Assembly (NCBI GenBank): GCA_030591445.1 | Contig: JAUVBB010000002.1 | Coordinates: 1-53,659, forward strand | DNA: 53,659 bases | Reading direction: 5' to 3' | Source: Deltaproteobacteria bacterium | Lineage (GTDB): Bacteria; Myxococcota; B64-G9 | Shown here: piece after piece, positions 45,440 through 53,128 of the stretch | How positions within the stretch are numbered: the first letter of the stretch is position 1 | Layout: every line of letters begins with the position of its first letter | Translations under genes and position numbers: made by a program | Notes under the pieces: model-generated | Database searches by the model: none | Seen by the model: the letters and a program-made list of their open reading frames with translations, nothing else | Told to the model about the DNA's origin: nothing

Positions 45440-46591
45440 TCAAGCGGAGAAGTCACCCTGCCAGAGTTTATTGATAAAATCTTTCCAAGGAAAGATATGA
45501 ATCCCATCCACCGTTCGTTCTCGATCTTCGAAGGAAACCACCATGTAGTCCTTTAGCAATTTCTCTTCCCGCAGCGCCTTCAATCCGCGCAAGTCTCTGG
45601 CTGAGACATGGCTGGTGGATTTAACTTCGATGGCCAATGCGTCATTGAATATGAAATCGACTTCAAACTGGGACTTTGACCGCCAGTAGTTGAGTGTCCT
45701 CAATGCTTGATAGTCGGTCAGGGATTTGAGTTCATGAAAAATGTAATGTTCAAAAAATTCTCCAAATTCTCTTGTCTTTTGATTGCTAATCGGTCGTCGT
45801 TGCTGCAAGACACGAACAACACCCATATCGAAAAAATAGAATTTTGATGTCGCCAAAGGTTTTCGCTTGGAGGTTTTGGCATAAGGCTCTAGTTCAAAAG
45901 CAATCAATGTGTCTTTTAGAATCTGAAAGTAGTCGCGCACCGTGGCAGTAGGCACTTGGGCGTCACTGGCAATTTTGGAATAATTGATCAGTTGGCCATT
46001 GCTTAAGGCGGCCACCTCCAGGAACCGGCTGAATGCGGGCACGTTTCTGACGATGGCTTCCGCGGAGATTTCTTCCTTTAGGTATTCACCCACGTAACTC
46101 TGCAGATCTTCATCGGGAGCATCGGAAAAATAGATGGACGGTATCAATCCTTGGTTGATGGCCTTGATTAGATCGAACTTCTCTTTGAGTTCTTTCAAAA
46201 CAAAGGGATGAAAGATTCTCTTTCGAGCCCTTCCGCCCAGGAGATTAACCCCACCCCGACGAAGTTTTCTGGCGCTGGAACCGGTCAGTAAGAAATGAAC
46301 ATCGGATTTATCGATGATCAACTGAACTTCATTGAGAAGATTGGGAAGTTTTTGAATTTCATCAATGACGATGATCGAATCCGAGGGCTTGAGTTCCTCC
46401 CGAATTCTGGTTGGGGTAGTTCCAAGAGCGAGAAAAACTCTGGTATCGAGTAGATTATAGGTTTTCACATTCTGCAAACTATGATCAATCAAGGAAGTTT
46501 TGCCCGTTTGCCTGGGACCAAACAGAAAATATGATTTGTTTTTCAATAACTTGCCCAAATCGAGCAACCTGGGAACAAACTTTTCTTTCAT
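45440..46591 (-). CDS. AAA_14-type ATPase with a DUF4143-like, PD-(D/E)xK-like C-terminal domain
   Basis: Walker A reads FGPRQTGKTS and Walker B reads IIVIDEIQ. The C-terminus FEVDFIFNDALAIEVKS carries a D...ExK arrangement. This is the most AT-rich gene in the window. Confidence 0.85.
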   Translation of the reverse strand: MKEKFVPRLLDLGKLLKNKSYFLFGPRQTGKTSLIDHSLQNVKTYNLLDTRVFLALGTTPTRIREELKPSDSIIVIDEIQKLPNLLNEVQLIIDKSDVHFLLTGSSARKLRRGGVNLLGGRARKRIFHPFVLKELKEKFDLIKAINQGLIPSIYFSDAPDEDLQSYVGEYLKEEISAEAIVRNVPAFSRFLEVAALSNGQLINYSKIASDAQVPTATVRDYFQILKDTLIAFELEPYAKTSKRKPLATSKFYFFDMGVVRVLQQRRPISNQKTREFGEFFEHYIFHELKSLTDYQALRTLNYWRSKSQFEVDFIFNDALAIEVKSTSHVSARDLRGLKALREEKLLKDYMVVSFEDRERTVDGIHIFPWKDFINKLWQGDFSA

Positions 46592-46641
46592 TTGACACCT
46601 CTGTCGTTAATTATCATGACATTTAACGACAAAGGTGTCAA
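46592..46641 (-). promoter_or_regulatory. 19-bp inverted repeat (12-nt loop) abutting the ATPase start codon; an RNA hairpin hiding the Shine-Dalgarno sequence, or an operator
   Basis: The arms are TTGACACCTCTGTCGTTAA (46592-46610) and TTAACGACAAAGGTGTCAA (46623-46641), with 18 of 19 positions complementary. In the minus-strand RNA the single mismatch becomes a G:U pair. The 3' arm contains GAGG 6 nt before the AUG. Confidence 0.7.
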
Positions 46642-46780
46642 TAAGCACATAAGTTCCACACCACGCTATTTTGGAGTTGCTCGAAAGATACTGAAGGAAT
46701 CCCTGCGCGATAGGATTTGGTTTCCATATCCGTCCTCAGTTTAATAAAAAAAATACCTTGGGCAAATTCATTCCAGAGAG

Positions 46781-46789
46781 TGGTACAAT
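46781..46789 (+). promoter_or_regulatory. Candidate extended -10 promoter (TGGTACAAT) for the EGF-like lipoprotein gene
   Basis: TGnTACAAT lies at 46781-46789, preceded by the A/T-rich tract TTTAATAAAAAAAATACC. It is about 90 nt upstream of the ATG at 46878. Confidence 0.3.
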
Positions 46790-46877
46790 GAGTAGTTCAA
46801 AGTCATCTATTGCCCGTATGGAGAAAGTAGATGGCTCGATAGATTTAGGAAAACAAAACCTGAGGCGGGAGGATAGA

Positions 46878-49274
46878 ATGGGAAGGATTTTATGGCTTGT
46901 TTATTTATGCTGTCTAGTGGGCCTGGCCGGCTGTCCTAAAGTTGAAACTTCTGGCTGCACATCCGACAACGACTGTTTGGATACGCAACTTTGCTTGGAC
47001 AATTATTGTCAGTGCAAAGAGGCCTATGCTGGAGAAAATTGCGAGCAGTGTGCCGAAGGATTCGACAGGGATGGAGATGAATGCCTGCGTCAGCAGCTGT
47101 GTACCAATGATTCTTGCGCTGGTCACGGTCTTTGTGACGACAGTACCGGGGCCATCGAGTGCACTTGCTTTGTCGGTTATACCGGTGACACCTGCTCAGA
47201 ATGTAAAGACGGGTTCCATCTCATCGACGAGCAATGCGAAGCCGACAAAATGTGTTTGGAAAACAGCTGTTCTTTCCATGGAAGTTGTGAGGACCAGACA
47301 GGGGAGATCGTTTGCCAATGTGATACAGGCTATGCTGGAGATATCTGCGAAAGTTGTGATGATGGCTATCAAGACAAGAACGGGGACAGCACTTGCCGAA
47401 AAGACTGCGCGTCATCGGGTCTCAATTGTAGCCCCAACGGTTATTGCTCCGACGAAAGCGGAGAAGCCCTCTGTTTGTGTGACGAAGGCTACAGCGGCAG
47501 TCTCTGTAATGACTGTGCCGCCGGGTATCACGCCGAAGCCCAGGCTTGCGTTTTGGATACCACTTGCACTGAGAGTTCCTGTGCCTTCCGGGGAAGCTGT
47601 GAAGACAACAGCGGTGTGGTTGTGTGTACTTGCGATGAGGGCTACGCCGGATCATACTGCGACGAATGCGCGCCCGGCTATCATGAAAACGCCAGCCAAG
47701 ACGCCTGCACCAAGGACCCATGCGATCCCGATCCTTGTACCGGAGAACACCAAATATGTGAAGCAGACGGAAATTGCGGCTGTCAAGACGGCTACCAAGA
47801 CAACGATCAGAATCTGAGCTGTTTGGTGGATTGTCAAACCGCTCAACTAAGTTGTTCCGAGCATGGAAATTGTTCCGACGCCAGCGGCCAAGCCATCTGT
47901 GACTGTGACCTGGGCTACATCGGCGAGGCCTGTGACGCGTGTGCCGGCGGTTATCATATCGAAGACAGCTTATGCGTTGCCGACAGCGATTGCCTGGAGG
48001 CCTCCTGTTCCCATCGAGGGACTTGCGATGATAGCACCGGTGTCGTGGTTTGCACTTGTGAGGAGGGCTATGACGGAACCCATTGCGAAACCTGCGACAC
48101 GGACAATGGATATCACCTGAACGCAAAGGGTGATGCCTGTACCAATGATCCTTGTGACCCCAACCCTTGTATCGGTTCCTATCAGTTCTGTAATGCGCAG
48201 GGCGCCTGTGAGTGCATCGCCGGCTATCAAGACAACGATGGCGATGAGGAATGTAGCGCCAATTGCGCCGTCGCCGCCTTGACTTGCGACCACCACGGTG
48301 TTTGCAACGATGAAGACGGAAGCGTCGGTTGTGACTGTGACCCTGGCTATGCCGGAGATTATTGCGAGGACTGTTCTGCCGGTTTCCATCGGGAACTAGG
48401 TTTGTGTGTAGTGGACCAGACCTGTCAACTCGACACCTGCGCCTACCACGGCCAATGCGATGACTCAACGGGAATCGTCATTTGCGATTGTTACCCAGGC
48501 TATCAAGGCGACTTCTGCGATGAGTGTGCCAGCGGTTATCAGGACAACGATGGCAATGAGACTTGCGAACCAACTTGTGCGACCGCCAGTTTGTCCTGCC
48601 CGACTTACCAAACGTGTTTCGACGACAAAGGAGCGCCTCGTTGCGATTCCATCTGTCTGGTGCCGTCAAACGATGGTGCAACTTGCAGCAGTGATGGAAA
48701 TGTCTGTTTCGAAAACTCTTGCTGCACTCCTGAAAACTGTACGGATTTGGACCGGGAATGCGGTCTTTGGCCAAGTTGCGGTAGTGAGATCGATTGCGGC
48801 ACCTGCGGAGCATTGGAGGTTTGCGAGTCCGGACATTGCTTCGGCCTGGAATGGCAAGATCCTCCCAGTCCAATAAACAAATGGCAAGATGCGATCAACT
48901 ACTGCGAGAGTCTTTTGCATGACGGCCGTGACGACTGGCGTTCGCCGTCCATTAGCGAACTGCGGTCCTTCATTCGCGGCTGCCCGAACACCGAAACCGG
49001 GGGTACCTGCGCCGTGACTGACGAGTGCCTTGACTATGCGTGTCGGGATAGTTCTTGCGACGGCTGTACTGGGAATGAAGGTCCTGCAGATGGTTGCTAT
49101 TGGCTCGAAGGCACGGAAGCGGCTACCTGTTGGCTTTTCTGGTCATCGTCGTCCTATGCAAACAACTCGGCCTATGCATGGGCCGTCAACTTCAGCGGCG
49201 GCTACGTCACCGGCGGGGCCAAGGATGAGAACCAAATGAACGCCAGTGTGCGTTGTGTGCGCAGGGGGCCATGA
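46878..49274 (+). CDS. Cysteine-rich lipoprotein: tandem EGF-like modules plus a C-terminal DUF1566 (Lcl C-terminal)-like domain
   Basis: The ATG at 46878 follows GGGAGGA. The signal peptide and lipobox read LVYLCCLVGLAGC. There are nine copies of C-x-C-x2-[GA]-Y-x-G-x2-C-x2-C-x2,4-G-[YF]. The C-terminal 142 aa (48846-49271) show DWRSPSISELRS...FWSSSSY...AWAVNFSGG...VRCVR. Confidence 0.8.
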   Translation: MGRILWLVYLCCLVGLAGCPKVETSGCTSDNDCLDTQLCLDNYCQCKEAYAGENCEQCAEGFDRDGDECLRQQLCTNDSCAGHGLCDDSTGAIECTCFVGYTGDTCSECKDGFHLIDEQCEADKMCLENSCSFHGSCEDQTGEIVCQCDTGYAGDICESCDDGYQDKNGDSTCRKDCASSGLNCSPNGYCSDESGEALCLCDEGYSGSLCNDCAAGYHAEAQACVLDTTCTESSCAFRGSCEDNSGVVVCTCDEGYAGSYCDECAPGYHENASQDACTKDPCDPDPCTGEHQICEADGNCGCQDGYQDNDQNLSCLVDCQTAQLSCSEHGNCSDASGQAICDCDLGYIGEACDACAGGYHIEDSLCVADSDCLEASCSHRGTCDDSTGVVVCTCEEGYDGTHCETCDTDNGYHLNAKGDACTNDPCDPNPCIGSYQFCNAQGACECIAGYQDNDGDEECSANCAVAALTCDHHGVCNDEDGSVGCDCDPGYAGDYCEDCSAGFHRELGLCVVDQTCQLDTCAYHGQCDDSTGIVICDCYPGYQGDFCDECASGYQDNDGNETCEPTCATASLSCPTYQTCFDDKGAPRCDSICLVPSNDGATCSSDGNVCFENSCCTPENCTDLDRECGLWPSCGSEIDCGTCGALEVCESGHCFGLEWQDPPSPINKWQDAINYCESLLHDGRDDWRSPSISELRSFIRGCPNTETGGTCAVTDECLDYACRDSSCDGCTGNEGPADGCYWLEGTEAATCWLFWSSSSYANNSAYAWAVNFSGGYVTGGAKDENQMNASVRCVRRGP

Positions 49275-49329
49275 CGGCGCGGCAGCCCTTGGGTTTCGGC
49301 GGGGGAGATAACAACTACCCTGGCTTCGG

Positions 49330-51465
49330 TTAGTCGTTACAGGCAAACAGTCCTGTGGTTGAGGTTTCGGCGCAGCCATTATCGCATTGGGTCTTTTCCC
49401 AAGAACCACTGTCGTTGCAAACCTCCAAGGTGTTGGCATCGAAGCAACGAGTGGCATCGCTCGCGCAACCGCACTCCTCTACCCACAAATCAAATTCGGG
49501 TATACAATCTGGCCCACCTGATACTGCATCCACCAGAATGTCGATCATGATGTAATGAGTCCCAGCAGAAAGAGGACCACAAGCAGTGGTGGAAGGGTCC
49601 GGTCCGGCCCAACCGCCATATTCACAATTACCGTTGCTGGGCGGGCAGTCGCTTCCAATAACAAATCCCACCGGGTAAGAGCCCTTCGGGTCGATCTTGA
49701 AGGACATCATCGTGTCTTTTTCTAGGGTCAATGCGTAAAAAATATCCTGGCCGCGAGAGGCCGCCGCGGCACATAGATTGTCTTCATCATTGTAATTGTC
49801 ACCACTCCCACAGGTTGTCTGACCCAAACTCTGCACGGGCAAATCGGCTACGCTAATAGGTATCATATTAGCATCGTCGCAGGTGTTTCCAGGCGCGAAC
49901 GAGCCCCACTCCACACAGGCTGGGCCGGCAGCTTCGTCGCAGGATTTGTCCTGGGCCCAGCAGTCGGTGGTCATGATCCAGTCATTGCAACCGTCGGCGC
50001 CGACCGTGCAAGTCTCGATGGCGCTATTGTTGCAGCGTTGGTCGGCGGGGGTGTCGCACTCGTTGGTGCAATCGGCGCAGGCGGCGGTGGTACCGGTCTG
50101 GCTACACTCTTGATTGTTGGTGGCACAATTGGTGCCGTCTTGCCAGACAGTGCAACCGGATCCGCTGTTGGCGCAGGTCTGAATCATGGCGTCATCGCAC
50201 TGCGAAGTGCCCATGCTACAGGCATCGGCACAGCAAGCAGAGCCGGCAAACATGGTAAAAGCGATGTCGGTGGCAGTGGTCTCTAGGGCATTAATGTCCT
50301 CCCAGCCGGTGTCGGCCCCGGGTAGGATCAGCTTGGCGATAGCACCATTGCTGGTATCGGCCAAACCAATAGAATACTCGCGGCCATCGTTGCCGTAGTC
50401 CATGTGTGGCCAAAAGGTCAGCCACCAGGTACCAGCCGGCAGAGTGATGGGTTCGTCCAGCCACAGGGTCACGCTGCCGTACATACCCGTTTCGATGTCG
50501 TCGCGAATGAAAACTTGCGGATCGTCTGGTTCTAAAATGATGATTTCCTGGGGTGTGGTAACACCATCTTCAGGCACCCCGGCCGGCTGGCCACCGTTGT
50601 CGGCGTAAAAGGCCCAATGCAAGTGACGGGCGTAGAACAAAGACGAAACCGAATCATCGATGCGGTGTCTCACTGTGCCCGGGATATAGATCATATCGAT
50701 TTCAGTTGTTGTGGCGAAGGTGAAATCGTCGGCGGCAAAGGTATCGAGTTGGCTAAAGCTGGACTCTAGCTCTTGCACAAAGAGGGTCTCTTTGGCGGCG
50801 CCGAAGATTTGTTCGGCTTTTTTATCGCAGCTACCGCCGGTGGGTTCACAGCTGGCGGCGCTGGCTTTTTCGATGCAGACTTCGCTGGTGGCGGCACAAT
50901 CGGTGCCGTTGACCCAGTCGGTGCAGCCATTGGCATCAGCGCTGCAATTCTGGATTACGGTGGTGGAGCCGGGCAAGCAGCGGGACTGACCGGCGGTGCA
51001 CAAGTTGTTGCACTGGGTGGCACAGCCAGCGGTAGTGCCGGTCATAACGCAGGTTTGGCTAGAGGCGGCACAGTTGGTGCCATCGAGCCAATAGGTACAG
51101 GCCTGGGCATCGGCAGTGCAAGTTTGGATGACCGCGGGCTCACCGGGCTTGCAGCGAGTCTGGCCGGCGGTGCAAACACTGGCACATTGACAGGAAAATC
51201 CCTGGGCCGAAGAGCCGCAAGTCTGGCTGGCGGTGCAGGTCTCGGTCAGCGCCCAAACCAGGCAGCCGTCGGTATTGCGCAGGCAAGTTTCAACGCCGGT
51301 AGCCGGCACGGCGCACTGCTTCTGGTTCTCCACTACACAGGGATTCAACGCCAAATTGCAATCGGCATCAAGACCGCTGTCGCTGGAGCAAGCGCCCGCC
51401 AACAAAGCGGCGCACGAAAAACCTACCGATAAGAAAGCAAATCTCATCCCTGACTGTCTTTGCAT
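49330..51465 (-). CDS. Cysteine-rich repeat lipoprotein, unknown function
   Basis: The ATG at 51465 follows GAGGAG. The signal peptide and lipobox read FLSVGFSCAALLAGAC. Five to six copies of an approximately 45-50-aa module (C..G..+C......I(Q/E)TC.....C..W.....C.....C.......C) flank a Cys-poor approximately 230-aa core. A C-terminal beta-rich domain follows. Confidence 0.7.
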   Translation of the reverse strand: MQRQSGMRFAFLSVGFSCAALLAGACSSDSGLDADCNLALNPCVVENQKQCAVPATGVETCLRNTDGCLVWALTETCTASQTCGSSAQGFSCQCASVCTAGQTRCKPGEPAVIQTCTADAQACTYWLDGTNCAASSQTCVMTGTTAGCATQCNNLCTAGQSRCLPGSTTVIQNCSADANGCTDWVNGTDCAATSEVCIEKASAASCEPTGGSCDKKAEQIFGAAKETLFVQELESSFSQLDTFAADDFTFATTTEIDMIYIPGTVRHRIDDSVSSLFYARHLHWAFYADNGGQPAGVPEDGVTTPQEIIILEPDDPQVFIRDDIETGMYGSVTLWLDEPITLPAGTWWLTFWPHMDYGNDGREYSIGLADTSNGAIAKLILPGADTGWEDINALETTATDIAFTMFAGSACCADACSMGTSQCDDAMIQTCANSGSGCTVWQDGTNCATNNQECSQTGTTAACADCTNECDTPADQRCNNSAIETCTVGADGCNDWIMTTDCWAQDKSCDEAAGPACVEWGSFAPGNTCDDANMIPISVADLPVQSLGQTTCGSGDNYNDEDNLCAAAASRGQDIFYALTLEKDTMMSFKIDPKGSYPVGFVIGSDCPPSNGNCEYGGWAGPDPSTTACGPLSAGTHYIMIDILVDAVSGGPDCIPEFDLWVEECGCASDATRCFDANTLEVCNDSGSWEKTQCDNGCAETSTTGLFACND

Positions 51466-51556
51466 CTGGACTCTCCTCAACTCCCGAATGGTTCCATGCG
51501 CCTGCTTCCCCAACAGGCAAAAAGTGCTACACACTCGCACCGTTTGGGCAATCTTG

Positions 51557-52309
51557 TCAACCGGTCACCAGAAGTAGCAAGCCGATCAGCGCGATAGCCG
51601 CGGCCACCAGGCGGCGGAAGTTCTGCTCACTTAGGCGGAGGTGGATACGACTGCCGCCCCAAGCGCCCAGGACCACGGCGGGAAAAACAATCAGGGCAGC
51701 CCAAACTCGATCGGCGCTAATCAGACCCGACCAGCCGTAAACGGGTAGGCGAAACAAAGCGGTGAGTAGAAATATGGCCATCAAGTTGCCCCGAAAGCGC
51801 TGCTTGTCGGCGCCACCGAGTTGAAAATAGAGAATCAGCGGAGGCCCGCCGGTCCCGAACAGGCCTGCCAGCAGGCCGGATAGCAAACCCACCGGCGGGG
51901 CCGACCAGGCCGGCAGGCGCACTTGCCTACCACCGCTCCCCCAAAGCAAAGCCGGGCCTACCAACAGCAAAAAGCCACCCAGCACAGTCAAGATGAACGT
52001 CGGCTCTTGCGCTTTCAACAACCAGGTTCCCAACGGGACCCCTAAGCCAATGCCCACACAAATCAGCGCCACGCCACGCCATTGCACCACTTTTCTCGAC
52101 TGGTAAACCACGTAGATTTCGACCGGCAGGCTGACCAGCAGCAGCATTACCACCACGTCCTGGACATTGGGCAAAACCAGAGCCAAGGTACCGACCGCAA
52201 TAAGACCGGCGCCGAAGCCAAAGGCCACATACACCAACTGCGCCGCTATCAGAGCCAAGCAAACCAGGACCAAGATGTCCAGGCTCGGAAATACCGTCGA
52301 CGACAGCAA
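51557..52309 (-). CDS. TauE/SafE-family anion exporter-like membrane protein
   Basis: This 250-aa polytopic ORF has Gly-rich helices (FGFGAGLIAVG, GLFGTGGPPL), typical of the family. Confidence 0.8.
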   Translation of the reverse strand: MLSSTVFPSLDILVLVCLALIAAQLVYVAFGFGAGLIAVGTLALVLPNVQDVVVMLLLVSLPVEIYVVYQSRKVVQWRGVALICVGIGLGVPLGTWLLKAQEPTFILTVLGGFLLLVGPALLWGSGGRQVRLPAWSAPPVGLLSGLLAGLFGTGGPPLILYFQLGGADKQRFRGNLMAIFLLTALFRLPVYGWSGLISADRVWAALIVFPAVVLGAWGGSRIHLRLSEQNFRRLVAAAIALIGLLLLVTG

Positions 52310-52317
52310 GGGTGCTT

Positions 52318-53058
52318 CTATTTTTTCAAGAAGCCACTGATCAGGTCCACCGGTACCGGGAAAATCACGGTGGAGGAGTTTTCGGTGGAGATCTCGGCCA
52401 GGGTCTGTAAATAGCGAAGCTGCAAGGCTGCCGGCTCTCTCTGGATGATCGCGGCCGCCTCGGCCAACTTCGAGGAAGCCTGAAATTCACCCTCGGCGTG
52501 AATCACCTTGGCCCGCCGTTCGCGCTCGGCCTCGGCTTGCTTGGCCATGGCCCGCTGCATCTCCTGCGGCAAGTCCACGTGCTTGATCTCGACCTTGGTC
52601 ACCTTCACTCCCCAGGGGTCGGTGTCGGCATCGAGGATGTTCTGTACCTCTTCGTTGAGCTGATCCCGCTTGGTCAGCAAATCGTCGAGCTCGACCTGGC
52701 CCAAGACCGAGCGCAGCGTGGTCTGGGCCAACTGACTGGTGTTATAGAGGTAGTTGTCCACTTCCAGAATCGCCTTGTCGGGACTCATGACCCGCATGAA
52801 CACCACCGCGTTGACCTGCACGGTCACGTTGTCCTTGGTGATAATGTCCTGGGGCGGCACATCACGGGCGATGGTACGCAGGTCGACTTTTACCAATTGA
52901 TCGACGAAGGGGATGATAAAGCGCAAACCTGGGCCCTTGATACCCACGTACTTGCCCAGGCGAAACACCACCCCTCGTTGATACTCGAGCAGGGTTCGCA
53001 TGCCCATGAAGAAGAAGAGGATGACCACCACCACCGGGATACCGATTGCGTATTGCAT
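52318..53058 (-). CDS. SPFH/band-7 (stomatin-like, slipin) protein
   Basis: An N-terminal TM helix is followed by [13 protein letters not shown]...[25 protein letters not shown] and a coiled-coil [11 protein letters not shown]. Confidence 0.92.
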   Translation of the reverse strand: MQYAIGIPVVVVILFFFMGMRTLLEYQRGVVFRLGKYVGIKGPGLRFIIPFVDQLVKVDLRTIARDVPPQDIITKDNVTVQVNAVVFMRVMSPDKAILEVDNYLYNTSQLAQTTLRSVLGQVELDDLLTKRDQLNEEVQNILDADTDPWGVKVTKVEIKHVDLPQEMQRAMAKQAEAERERRAKVIHAEGEFQASSKLAEAAAIIQREPAALQLRYLQTLAEISTENSSTVIFPVPVDLISGFLKK

Positions 53059-53128
53059 GACTTTGCCTCCTCGGAGCGATCAGCCTAGCCCTAGGCCGCC
53101 AGCCCCCCAAAAAATGGTTAAATTCGAT

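Noticed and set aside
46942-48468. Off-frame and antisense ORFs inside the EGF-like gene (46942-47817 on the plus strand, 47422-48468 on the minus strand, 47970-48389 on the minus strand).
   Set aside because: The annotated frame gives a regular Cys-spacing repeat, a signal peptide and a DUF1566-like end. The alternatives are Arg/His/Thr-rich products of the repeated TGY/GAY codon content.
49275-49329. An expected bidirectional terminator between the convergent Cys-rich genes.
   Set aside because: I could not find a stable GC-rich stem with flanking T or A runs in the 55-nt spacer.
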